Shown: positions 26,963 to 38,177 of the stretch, one piece after another
How positions within the stretch are numbered: the first letter of the stretch is position 1
Layout of the letters: each line of letters opens with the position of its first letter
NCBI GenBank assembly: GCA_013265495.1
Contig: MU058584.1
Coordinates: 3,352,508 to 3,416,507, forward strand
DNA: 64,000 nt
Reading direction: 5' to 3'
Source: Vicugna vicugna
Taxonomy: Eukaryota
Notes under the pieces: generated by a model
The model's database searches: none
Told to the model about the DNA's origin: nothing
The model's input: only the letters and a program-made list of their open reading frames with translations
Made by a program: the position numbers and the translations under genes

Positions 26963-29900
26963 GAGAGCTGGGAAAAGGATATGCTTTCACACATGCATGC
27001 ATGCTGAGGCATTTGGATGGGAGGAAAGAGCTGTGAGTAAGGGAGGGGTCTAGGAATGGGTCTCATCCTCCTTATGAATGATCTTGGTGTGGGTGTCGCC
27101 GGAATGAAATCAACAGATGGCAATAAATTTGTAGGAAATGAAAAAGCATTTAAATCTAGGATCACAGGAACCCTTAAACTGCTTCTGTGCAAGGGAGGCA
27201 TATGAACATTAAATATTTCCTGAAGGATTAGCTCAATTCTGAAAGGTGGGAGGCAGGGACAGGGAGGAGGAGGCTGGCTGTCCTCATGATGGAGCAGGAA
27301 AAATCAGAGTGTAATGGGGCAGACGGAGACGGAAGCAGACAGAGGTCTCCCATTCATCTTAAGCTGTGCTGACTCTTGACAGACAGGGAGTGGGTGGCTG
27401 CTTATCTCTCAAACTTCAGCTATTTTCTTCAGTAACAAGGTGTAAACTAACTTTGCTCAGGGCAAAATCTTCAGCTGCAAAGGGGAAAAAGCGCATCAAA
27501 GGTATAGCGCCCCCAGGGGAAGGAGACACCTGCCAGTAAAGCCCCCTTTCTGTTCTCCACTATGGTACCTCACCCAGAGGCTCCTCTGGGAATTCATTCA
27601 TCTTTCTATATATATATTAAAAAAAGAGCAACTTTTTCTTCCAACTCCCTGCCTATGAAAGCAAAGAATCTGGGGTTTGTTTGAAATAGCCAGAGAAGAT
27701 GGGGAGGGTGCTGGGGGAAACTCATCACCTGTTAGACTTTACTCTCATTGTAAAGGCACACATCAGCCCCTAGTTCCCTGGATGTCAAACTCTGCCTAAG
27801 AAGACAGGTGGCAGGATGCCCTCAGGTTGGGTTGAGTCCATTCTGGTCAAAGTGAAGGATGAGCCACCTAAATGGCTTGGGACAACAGCCTCAGGAGGTG
27901 AAGGACCACAGACATCACCATCCCTGCCTCAGAATCTCATCTCTTCCATTCAGGTCGTTTCTATCACGTTCATCTTTCCCAGTCAGAGGTACTTCCTAGA
28001 CATGGAACCAAGGCAAGATTATACATGTTGGATGATCTTCCACCTGCCTCACTCCCCTACCCAACCTGTCTGAATGGCAAAAAAAAAAAAAAAAGAAAAA
28101 AAAATTCCAGAGCGCATCTGGCAACCTGCCTTCCAGAGCATCCTGCAGGTTGGTACCAGATGCCATCACGGCACCAGCACTTTGCCCGTGCTTTCAAAGG
28201 AAAAGCAGGCTTCTCCATGGGCAAAGGAGGGTGTGGAAAGGCCTCAAGGAACAGGACGCTCACCTGTTCTGGTCTGTGGAGGAGGGGGAGGGAAGAGTCA
28301 GGTGTCTTCCCCAATTCCCTTCTAGCTGCTTTATGACTTTGAGAGAGGCCACAAAGCACTATCTTAGCAAAAGTCGGCAGAATGTCCAGGCTTCGGTCTG
28401 TACATGATCAAAGACTAGCTCAAGTCAGACACGTTTGCGGCACCCAGCGGGGCCCATCTGTGCAAGTCTTCCCAGTGAGAGGGGACTGACTCTCTTGCTC
28501 GGTTGGTTGCACATTAAGCGGCTGCTCAAATTCAGAACCCAGAAGGCCAGTAGGATGGTCAAGTGGACAAACAGTGCATAATGAGTCAGAAGACACCTTG
28601 TGAGTCTATGTCCGTGCCTTCTGGCCTTGGAAAAGTCACCCAACCTCTGAGTCTTTGTTTCTTCATTTGCAAGAGAAACGATACTTCCTCTGCCTTTACT
28701 CCCGTAGCTACTGTGAGGCCCAAAAGAAACGTTACGAGCAAAAGCACTTTGTAAGCTTTTATTACCAAGATGAAGGATGGTTATTATTAACATGGCCTGG
28801 AAGGGCCAGATCTTCCCCGAGGACAATTCAGGGGAGTGCTCTAGGCCATCAGTTTAGAGGACTAATGTCTCAGAGTTACTGCCATCGCCGTCTTGTTGAA
28901 ACGGCTTTTGACCTCAAGGGCCAGTTTCTACCTTCTCCATTCAGGGTTTTATGGCACCTGGGACCGCAAAGCACTGGGTTTATTTAGGATCCTGTCGGAG
29001 TTACTGTTTCTACCTCTGAATTAACCTTATTGATTATCGGGTCAGGGATGGCACATTAAGCTGGAACTCAAATTCAGAAGCCATCAGGCCAGCAGGATGG
29101 CTAAGTGGACGAACAGAGGGGAACGAGTCTCGGGGGGCATCTCCGTCAACCTCTCAAGGAGGCAAAGAGCCTCCTGAGCACTGGCGTTCGTTTCACTTTG
29201 GCTCACGGGGGCTGGAATCATCCTGCGCTTCCCTTTCTTGGAAACGTTACTCCTTAGCCTTCCCCAGTATTCAGTGCTCAGGTTCAGTTCACGACTTTGT
29301 GGTAACGACCTACAGCTCCTCTTTGCGGGTCTCATCTCTGACCACCAAGCACACACGCAGCCATCAGGGTTCCTGGATATTCTGAGCTCAGAACCTGATT
29401 CCAGGACTTTTGAGTTCTGGGTTTGGGTCTCACCTGCCTGAGGTTCAGGTGAGATCACACGTAGGAGGAGAGGAGCAGAGAGAACCTCTTCCTGGGAGAG
29501 GTGGTTCGGGAAAGAACAAAGTGCAGTTCTGTGAGCCACCAGCGGACACGGGGAAGGGAAATCTGCTCATACCCAGGATGGGAAAGGCTGGCTGTGTGTG
29601 CGGTGAGGACAGCCAGCAAAGTCCCTGGGGATGTTGAAGGTACCAGCTGGCGTCTCTCACTGCAACACTGTGGTTTCAGAGATAAGGAGCAGGTACAACG
29701 TGGGGAAATAATGCCCAGGTGGGCATCAGTGAGCTGGAGGCACGGGGAGGTCTACTCGAGGCTGCTGCCCAGTCAGGCCAGACCTTCTCTGAGAACAGAG
29801 TCCAGGGATGAGCAAGTTAGAACCCACGAGGATGCTTTAGGGAACAGGACACAATTCTGCCTGGAGAAGGCTGGATGAAATGGCAACTTACGGTGGTTAT

Positions 29901-30189
29901 CAATAGGGTTCTTATTGATCTTTACGAGTCTACGGGGTTTCCACTGCTCTGGGTGGGCTCCCTGACCACAAAGCTTACCGTGGACCCAGCGCCATGCCAG
30001 CACGTAGGTGCTCAAGAGCACCAGCTGGCGGAAATCCAGCTGGATAAGGGGCTTTACACAACCACGGCAAGCTTTTCTTCAGAGTATGAAAAATTCCCCA
30101 GCATGGTTCCTGGCACATACTAGGTATGCAGCAAATGTCTGTCCACTTAGTAATTCGTTCACCCACTTTAAAAAAAAGGTAACAAAAAC

Positions 30190-30415
30190 ATACAGTGCCT
30201 GTAATGCATCAGGCACTGTTCTAAGCACTTGGTAAACGTGAATGTATTTAATCTTCCTAACAGCTTTATGATACAGGAGCTATTGTTGCCCCCTTTCATA
30301 GATGGGGAAGCAGAGGTCCAGAGAGGTTAGTTAAGCTGCCTGAAGTCACCCAGCTAGTAAGTGGTGGAGGCAGGATTTGAACCTATGTCCAGCAGCTGCA
30401 AGGTCCGTGGTTTTT
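30190..30415 (-). mobile_element. MIR SINE
   Basis: caggcactgttctaagcactt...catagatggggaagcagagg...gtcacccagctagtaagtggtggaggcaggatttgaacc. Many further MIR fragments (~1900, 5070, 6020, 15010, 23590, 37090, 37590, 54020) are not listed individually. Confidence 0.8.
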
Positions 30416-30423
30416 ATGAATCA

Positions 30424-30532
30424 TTTTTTTTAATTTCTAAATTTTTACCGAAGTATATTGTTGATTTATAATGTTGTGTTAGCTTCTGGTGTAGAGCACA
30501 GTGATTCAGTTTTTTATATTCTTTCCCTTATA
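30424..30532 (-). mobile_element. L1 3' end fragment at the end of a MIR
   Basis: T-rich tail, then gaagtatattgttgatttataatgttgtgttagcttctggtgtagagcacagtgattcagtt, typical of a laurasiatherian L1 3' end. Confidence 0.7.
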
Positions 30533-33500
30533 ATCACGGTTTTTAATATTACGTTGCCTCCAGTCAAAGAGGAGTTACGGGCAATGAGTTTTCAGTGACC
30601 AGCGGCTCTGAACCCCATGCCCTTCTCCACTGTGGCACACTCTTCCTGCTAATCTAAGGCTTCATCTTTAATAACAGATACAACGAGTCTCCAGTTTTGT
30701 GGTCCACCCATGTAGAAACCCCAGATGAATGCAAGGTAAGATGGGAAGGGTCTAGAGAACTGGTAACATGATTCAAATTTTCAGTACTATTCTTTAAAAA
30801 AAAAAAACAAAAACCCTTTTTGTTTGTTTGCTTGTTCTTTCTTTCATTTTTGTTTTTGCTTTTTTGGCTTACAGATAAATCCTGAAATACGTTTCATATA
30901 CTTGCAGTTTGGTAAAAATGTCTGCAATCGTTTTGTTATGAGACGATGAAATTATTTGGTGTTCCCAGCATCCTTAAGCCCTGCTTGGAACCTTGAGGTT
31001 AACTTTTCTCTTTTAGGTGAAGCAACAAGGTACTAATAATGATGTAATAATAATGGTGGTCAGAAGCATAGATCTGGAGTCCTCTGAATCTCGTGTTAAT
31101 TTCTGGTTCTAGCACTGGGAGTCTGGGCAGTGATCTTTCAAAAGCTACAGTCTCTTTATGTGTGAAATTGAGATAGTATAAATTTAAATGAACTTTAAAT
31201 GAGATATAATATGTGTAAAACACCTCATGTTCATCTTGGGCCTGTTAGTTGATGAATCAGTGATGGATATCTGGGTTAGGAAAGGACCTACCCCAACAGT
31301 CAAGTGGATGAGACACAGCTCAGATTTCTGATGGGCACTAGATGGACACGAGGGAGGGGACAATTCTACCACTTGGAGTCAGGAGGCCCAGCAGACAGTC
31401 ATGGTTCAAACCCTTTCTGCCCAGCAGAACTGTCTACGGGGCTAGGACATTCCCATAGACTGCCATCCTTCTATGGAGTGTGTGTCTCAGAGAACTGATA
31501 AGCTTTCATAAACAATTAAATTCACTGAACTGAATTGTTATAAAAGACACAGACAGGTTTTAAAATCAACACAATCCTTCAAGGATCTCAGCTGGTCTGC
31601 CACTTAGCTTTTTGGACAATTCCTTTTACCTCTTTTTAGTTTTGTTTTTGTTTTTTGAACCTATAAAAAAATAAAGGAGTCAGACTGGGGAATTTGAACA
31701 TCTTTTCAGTTTCTAAAGGTCTATCACCTTCTCTTTTTCCAGTATTAGCTATCTAAAGGAAGCAATCAGTGGGCAATCAGAGGGCAAGTGTGACCGCTTC
31801 CTCACCAAGTAAGCCTACCAAATCGCTTAAGTGTACTGAGCCTCAGTTTCCCCATTGCATAGACAACAATAATATCATCTCCAAGTGTGAGCGTGAAGTT
31901 CAACAAAAGTAATGTACATGAAAGCATTTTTGTAAACGCTGAAGTGCCAGCCTAGCTTTTTGTCATAAAAGTCCAGCTTTATGGGGCCCCCACCACCTTG
32001 AGATCACCACATTCCTGAATAGCTCAAGTCAGGAACCCCCACCCCCAACCCCACCCCCAGAGAGAGTCAGCCTGTTGAGTGCCTGGTGATGCCAGGCATG
32101 CACGCCTTCTTGGGGGTCCCTGGTCGTGCCTTCCAAACAGCAGACAGCTTTGCCTCCCTGCCGCCCTCTCTCTTCCCGTGGGTCCTTTTCAGAGCCATCC
32201 GGAAGAGACGGAGGCCAAACAAGTTCACCACCTGCCAGAAGCCAAATGCCACTGCAAATAAGCCTGAGGGGTAGGGCCCAGGGAGGAAGATGGGTAAACC
32301 CGGAGCCAACTCGAGTCTCTGATGCTACAGAGAGACACCAAGGATGGCTGTGCTCAAGCAGGGCCCTGAAGCTTCTTAGGAAAGGAGCTTCTCCAGCAGA
32401 ACATTCTGGTTTGTCAGAACAGACTCAGGGCCCTGGTGCGTACAGATGGGTGGCTAATGTCGTAGTCACACAGAAGAGTCACTTACAACACCTCAGAGAA
32501 ACTGGGTCCACTGACGCAGCAGTCTGCACCTATCAGCTGTGCCCCGTGCATAGTGGGGCTCTTGCCGGACTCTCGTCCTTGGTGTAGACCCACGCTCCTC
32601 ACAGTGCCTTGGCTCCCCTCCTCACTCCCAATGTCAGAGTGTTACGACCCCTCAGCTCTTTTTATCAAAGGGCCTTGCCTAGCCAGGCAGCTTGCTTTTG
32701 CAAGACATTCATTCAAACCTGCAAACGTAGCCACTAAAAGCTCTGTCTTCAGCTGAGGAACAGAAGACTCTAATAAGCAAATCATAACGTGGTAGATTAA
32801 GTATTCTGAAAAACCCTTCGTTACAAATTTCTTACAAATCCACGGTTGAGCTGGCAAAATAAATCCCCAGAGGTCAGCAATGAAGAGGAAACTGAAAACC
32901 AAAGAGGCAAACAAGCTCAGCCTCAAAACATATAAAGTAACAGGGGCGAGCGAACTCTGCAGAAAGGGTCATGAACACACCAGCAGAGAGAGAAATTTCA
33001 GCAGATTTCCTCAATAATTGATAGCTCGAGCAGATGAAACTTGGCAAGAGTATAGAACATTTGCATAACACAGCTAACAAGCTTGCTCTTATGGACATAA
33101 GAAATAGTGAAAACACATTCGCTTAAAACATACATAAAAGCCAATCGGATGTTCAGAAGTTGGATGGAGCGACTCAGAACAAGGATTTCTGAGCTTGTAT
33201 GCAAGGTGATTTCTGCCAGGGAGAACCATCTCAGTTCTGTCCTGGGTCATGCAGATACCACAATGCTGACAAATAGAAATGACATCCAAAGAAAATGAAC
33301 ATCTGAGACTGGAAATGATTGCACATGGGGTTGTAACAGCTCTGGAGTTCACTGCTACCTTGTAAATTGGCCCGTGCTCTTGAACTCTGGATTTATACTT
33401 AGCCCTTGACCTGTCCTAATGAAGATAGTCTGACCATCCCACCCACTTTTTTCTGGCTACTCTGTTTCCGTTTAACCAGGGATATTTCCAAGAAAATACT

Positions 33501-33973
33501 TTTTCAATGTTTTTGCTCTTTCAAGATGGCATGTCAACATTCCAAGATGCTTTTCCTTTTCATGGGAAGTCATAAACACTACAGTGTAATTCTAGATCCC
33601 AATTCTGAGGTCCAGGCATTTCAGGAAGTACCAGATGTTGAGGGTAAATCTTGAAAAAAAAAAAAACTCTTCTCATCTAAGTAGGGATTTCTTTTTCAGA
33701 ATAACCACCCAAACACACCCGTGTTCTGATCTGGAAGCACCCCTACTCTTTTTGGCTCACCGGTGGTAGTTTGCCCAACTGTGGGGGTCCCTGGCCTGAC
33801 TCCTCAATCTTGACTTTGAAGACATTGATACAAACCACAGAAACTGTGGCCTCGTGTGAGTGGAAAGGAAACCATCTTAAACCCCATATGGTCACAAATA
33901 GTCCCCAGTAGGAGCTGAGCCCGAGTGTCTCCACTTTCACACCGGATCCAAGCCCCCGTTTTGACCATTTGGC

Positions 33974-34464
33974 TGAAGAGAACCAGCTGCTTCACGAAAA
34001 AGTAACTGTGCATGAGGTGGGACGCCCCATAAAAAAGACCAGCAGGACCCCTAGGCAGGGCCACTACTCTCCTGCCAGCACCATCTGGTTCCCTGGCCCA
34101 GAGGCTCTATCTCACTTTTTGCCTCTGAAATGGCTAACTTCTAGGAAAGTGGAGCTCACTCCTGATTGGTCCATTTCTACAAAGCTTGTTCCTAATTAGT
34201 CAACTTTTGTTATACCTTATTTGCACATGATCTTGCAAAATGTAAACTGGCAGCCTATAAAAGCCTGTGTAAACCTACAGATGGGGTCCAGAGCTTGGAC
34301 TGTTAACCCCTCTGGGCCTGCTGGCTTAATAAACCTGAGTTCTCCAATTCTCCAAGCGCTGCTTGGTCTCTCGCCCAGATCCAGGTTGCTGTCACAACTG
34401 AGCTGTAACACCGAGCTGTACCACTGAGCTATAAAACTGAGCTGTCACACGCTTTTCTGCAACA
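33974..34464 (+). mobile_element. Probable ERV solo LTR
   Basis: TG...CA ends; TATA-like cctataaaa (~34254); AATAAA (~34329) followed by U5-like sequence. No clean TSD found, so boundaries are uncertain. Confidence 0.65.
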
Positions 34465-37400
34465 TGCATAGACCCTAAGGTTGACAGACAGGGTTTCCGT
34501 GAAAACTTTCTCATGTAGACAAATGCTACTTTCTCATGCGGACACATTCCCCGCTTCCATTCAGCACTGCGATCTGGCAGTTTCTGCGGGAGAAAGGGGC
34601 CCTGAGCACTAAACCTGCACCGAGACCCCTTTCTATCAGCCTTCCTCCGGGCTCAACTCTCTAATTATGCCGCAGGTCCATCTCTGAAAGTCTTTTCAAC
34701 AGTGATTAAGCAACCCCACAGGTACCCAGACAGTCTTGATTCCCTGTGCAATTTGGGTTCTGCAAAGACCACCTCTCCCAGAGACATCTGAGAGAAGGCC
34801 TGGCACTGGCCAGGGCGGGAGGATGCCTGCTCGGCTGCAGAGGGCCCACTTTAGCGTTCCCGGCTCCTGCCTACTCTTCCGTCTCCGAAGCCTCTCAGCA
34901 TGGGCCATGCCGCTTGGCCACCTGACTAGGGGGCCACCTTACCTTAGGGGGCTTTTCCACAGAGAAGACACTGGAAGGTGGCTGTTCTCTGGCAACGAGG
35001 GTGGGGTGAGGGCAGCTGTCACCTTTGCTTGGACCCCCCAGGACACCCAGCAGGACAAAAGGTCAAGAGTTTGCCCTAGCTTGTCAGACAGGAATTAGGC
35101 TGACGGTGGCAGCCCTGGGTCCTGTCCATTCCCCATCAGTTGTCCTCTTTCCTGTATCTTAGGGTCTGCTGCTCTGACATCCAGGGCTGCTAAGAAGACA
35201 GGGCAGGAAAGCATGCTTTTAATCTTCTTTCAAGGCCCCTTTCTCTGCTCCAGACTGTGCGTTGACCAGTCCTGAATACTTGTCCAGTTGAACCCCTCCT
35301 CTCTGCCCCCACCCACTCAGGGGACGTCCCCGATGCTCCAGTCCTAACTGTGGTTCAGCTTCCTCACCAGAACTCTAGTTGAGTTGTCCCTTTAAATTAC
35401 AAGTAGTTTTCTTTATAGATGATCCCTGGCTTTTGAAAGCTCAATCATGAGATGAAAGTGGAAGCCCAGGGTGGGCTCAGAGGGTCTGAGGAGGACAGAG
35501 TGGCTCGTGGCCGCCTCCCCCACCCCCTCCAGCTGCAGCTCCCTTGGCATCTGTGTCTCCCACCTCAAAAGGAGAAGGTGAGCCTGATATGGAGGACCCA
35601 GGGGGACAGGGGGCCTGGGAGCAGGTGTCCAGCTGAGGCCCAGCAGCTTGAAAGAGTACCTGGCCTGACTAGGAAAGCAGAGGGTCAGAGAGCAAGCAGG
35701 GAGGCACCAAGATGCACACAGAGATGGCACAAGCAGTGGGCAGAGTCTTCCCAAATACTAAAGAATCAGGCAGCCAGGCTGCTCAGACAGGCACAGGGAG
35801 CCCTGACAGGTACAGGACTTGCAAGACGCGACGCCAGGTCAGTGGGAGAATGGGGAGAGGCCCAGTGAGACCAGGAAACCTTAAGGTGCCTCCTCCTCCA
35901 GGGAGGCCTCCAGGGAGGGCCGCGGGTAGGTCCTTGGTGCAAGTTTTGAGAGGGAGGGCCAAGGTTGGATCAGGACTGCATATGGGGAAAAGAGATCCCC
36001 TGGCATTGCCCTGGACTTCCAGAGTCTTCCTTATGAGAGGCAGTCTGGAGTGGAGCAAAGACTATGGATATAGCCAGCCAGAGAGAGGTGACAGTCTGCT
36101 GAGACGCACAAGCTCAGCCCCCTCTTCAGTCCTTCCTCTAACCCACGCCTCAGACCCCAATGAGGGCAAAGCGAATTGTGTGGTAGCCCTGACCTGCTCC
36201 TCCCCACCCCCACCGCCTTCAGAGTAAACAGACACAGCACCGGATCCCACCCCTATGCTAAAATGTATCGAGTTTCCGGAAAATAAAAGGAAAACAAATG
36301 GAGAAAACCCAACTGAAAGCCACAACAGAAACAGAGTCTCCAGGCTGCTAGGATCTCCCTCTCAGACTCTCCCATCTGCTCTGCTCCACAGGGGCCGCCC
36401 AGCTGAGCCCTGCTGTCAGGGGAGGGCCCTGGCCCCCTCACAATCTGTCATCTCTGACACCGCTTGGATCTCATTTCTTCTGGAGCTGCCAGGGGCCGTG
36501 GAGCTACCCTGCCTGTTTGTGGGCAGGGGGCCAGGGGCCCGGGGCCTGGGGATGGTCTCAGCACCTGGGCTGGGGGTTGGGGGGATGTTAAGGGGTGGAG
36601 GAAGGGGTTTCTGGGTTGTGGGCACCCAGGCTGAGTCTCAATTTCCAATTTCTCCATACATCCCTTCTCCTGGGGCCGTCAAGCCCTCCCATTTCCTGCC
36701 ATCTGTGATGGGCGTCTCTGGGGAGCCCCTTTCCTTTCTGGCTTGCTAATCACTGTCTCTGGACTCTGGGAATAGGCTGGTCTCTCTGCTCCTGGCAACC
36801 ATGTAGATATCCCCAGGGCCCATTTGAGTTCCTCTCTGTGCTGTGGACAGCCGGCTTCTTTCTGTACCCTGTGCTGCTTCCTCTCTTGAGCAGGTAGCCA
36901 TCTCTGCCCACAGACTTGGCTCCTCAGCAAGCAGGGTGGAGGGTAGGGGTGGGGTGGGAAGATAGGAGGTGGTGACCCTTGATTACTGCTTTACAGACGA
37001 GGGGTGTCCCCAGCCTTGACCCATGGAGTGAGCCTCCTGGTCCCCCTCAGGCTCCGGCGTGGCCTGGTGATGAAGAACACAGGCCATGTAATCTGGATCT
37101 GAGTCCTGGTTCCAGCACTCATTAGTGTCACCGCCCCTCTCTGGGCTTCAGTGTCCCCATCTGTAAAGTGAGTGGCTAGGCTAGATGACTTCCCAAGTGG
37201 CCCTAACACGCCCAAGTCAAGGATGACTCTGTGGACCCACTACTTGCTTTTTTCTGGCTGTTTCTCTGCTCTGTCATCTGGACTCTGCTATACTGGTAGC
37301 TGGAAGGGTAAAGAGCCCTGACCTGGGTGCTGGGATGGTCCCCTGGGTCTGACCCCAAGACCCCGATCTCATTAACATCATGCGCTGACCAGCTGAGCAG

Positions 37401-38085
37401 ACCAGCTGGGAGGCAAGGAGGCTGGCTATTTCCAATGTGATTTAAACCCTTTGTTTCCAAGGTCTCCACAGCAAGGACAAAATCGAGCACTCAGGCAAAA
37501 TCCTGAGTGCTCCCTACTGGCCCATTTATTCATTCACTGACTCTGTCATGCAATCATTTGGCCTTAATGCAGCAGAGTAACATTGCAAGGAGTCACTGGA
37601 ACTCTGGTTTCTGATCCTGGCTCTGTCACTTATGAGCTGCGTAATGCTGGGCAAGTTACCTAACCTCTCTGGGCCTTGATTTCATCATCTTTAATATGCG
37701 GAAGGCATCGCACCTGCCTCACAGACAGTGCATAACAAAGCATTTCAACAAATGGTGGTCGTGGTTAAGTTGAGCAAGTTGCTTATGGCTTCATGGGGAG
37801 ACAGGCAATAAGCAAATACCTGCCCACTCCTTAAAGTGCACACGGACCCCAGCAAAACACAAGCTCCCTGGCTCCAAATGCAGGAGTTTGAGTTTAGTTT
37901 TGGGGGGCACAAATCTTTTATCCTTCCTAAAAAACAAGGGGAAGGTTGTTTATGGAAGTTTGAAACAGAGTCTCAAATATTTCAGTCACTTAAAATATGT
38001 TCTTGAAGTGAGCTCTGCTGGTGGTGCTTAGGAAGAGGAAGAATGAGCTGGCCACATCCCGCTCTCTCGTGGCGGGCTTGTCTTA

Positions 38086-38177
38086 GGGGAGAGGGTATAG
38101 CTCAGTGGCAGAGCACATGCTTAGTGTGCACAAGGTCCTGGATTCAATCCCTAGTACCTCTATTAAAAAAAAAAAAA
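38086..38177 (+). mobile_element. Vic-1-like SINE
   Basis: gggtatagctcagtggcagagcacatgcttagtgtgcacaaggtcctggattcaatccctagtacctc followed by poly(A). Confidence 0.9.

Noticed and set aside
34397..34448. CRISPR-like array
   Set aside because: Units are contiguous with no spacers, and the context is a mammalian LTR.
38090..38160. tRNA gene (also at ~3375, ~11060, ~51695)
   Set aside because: A/B boxes are present, but poly(A) tails, a TSD and multiple diverged copies identify these as SINEs.
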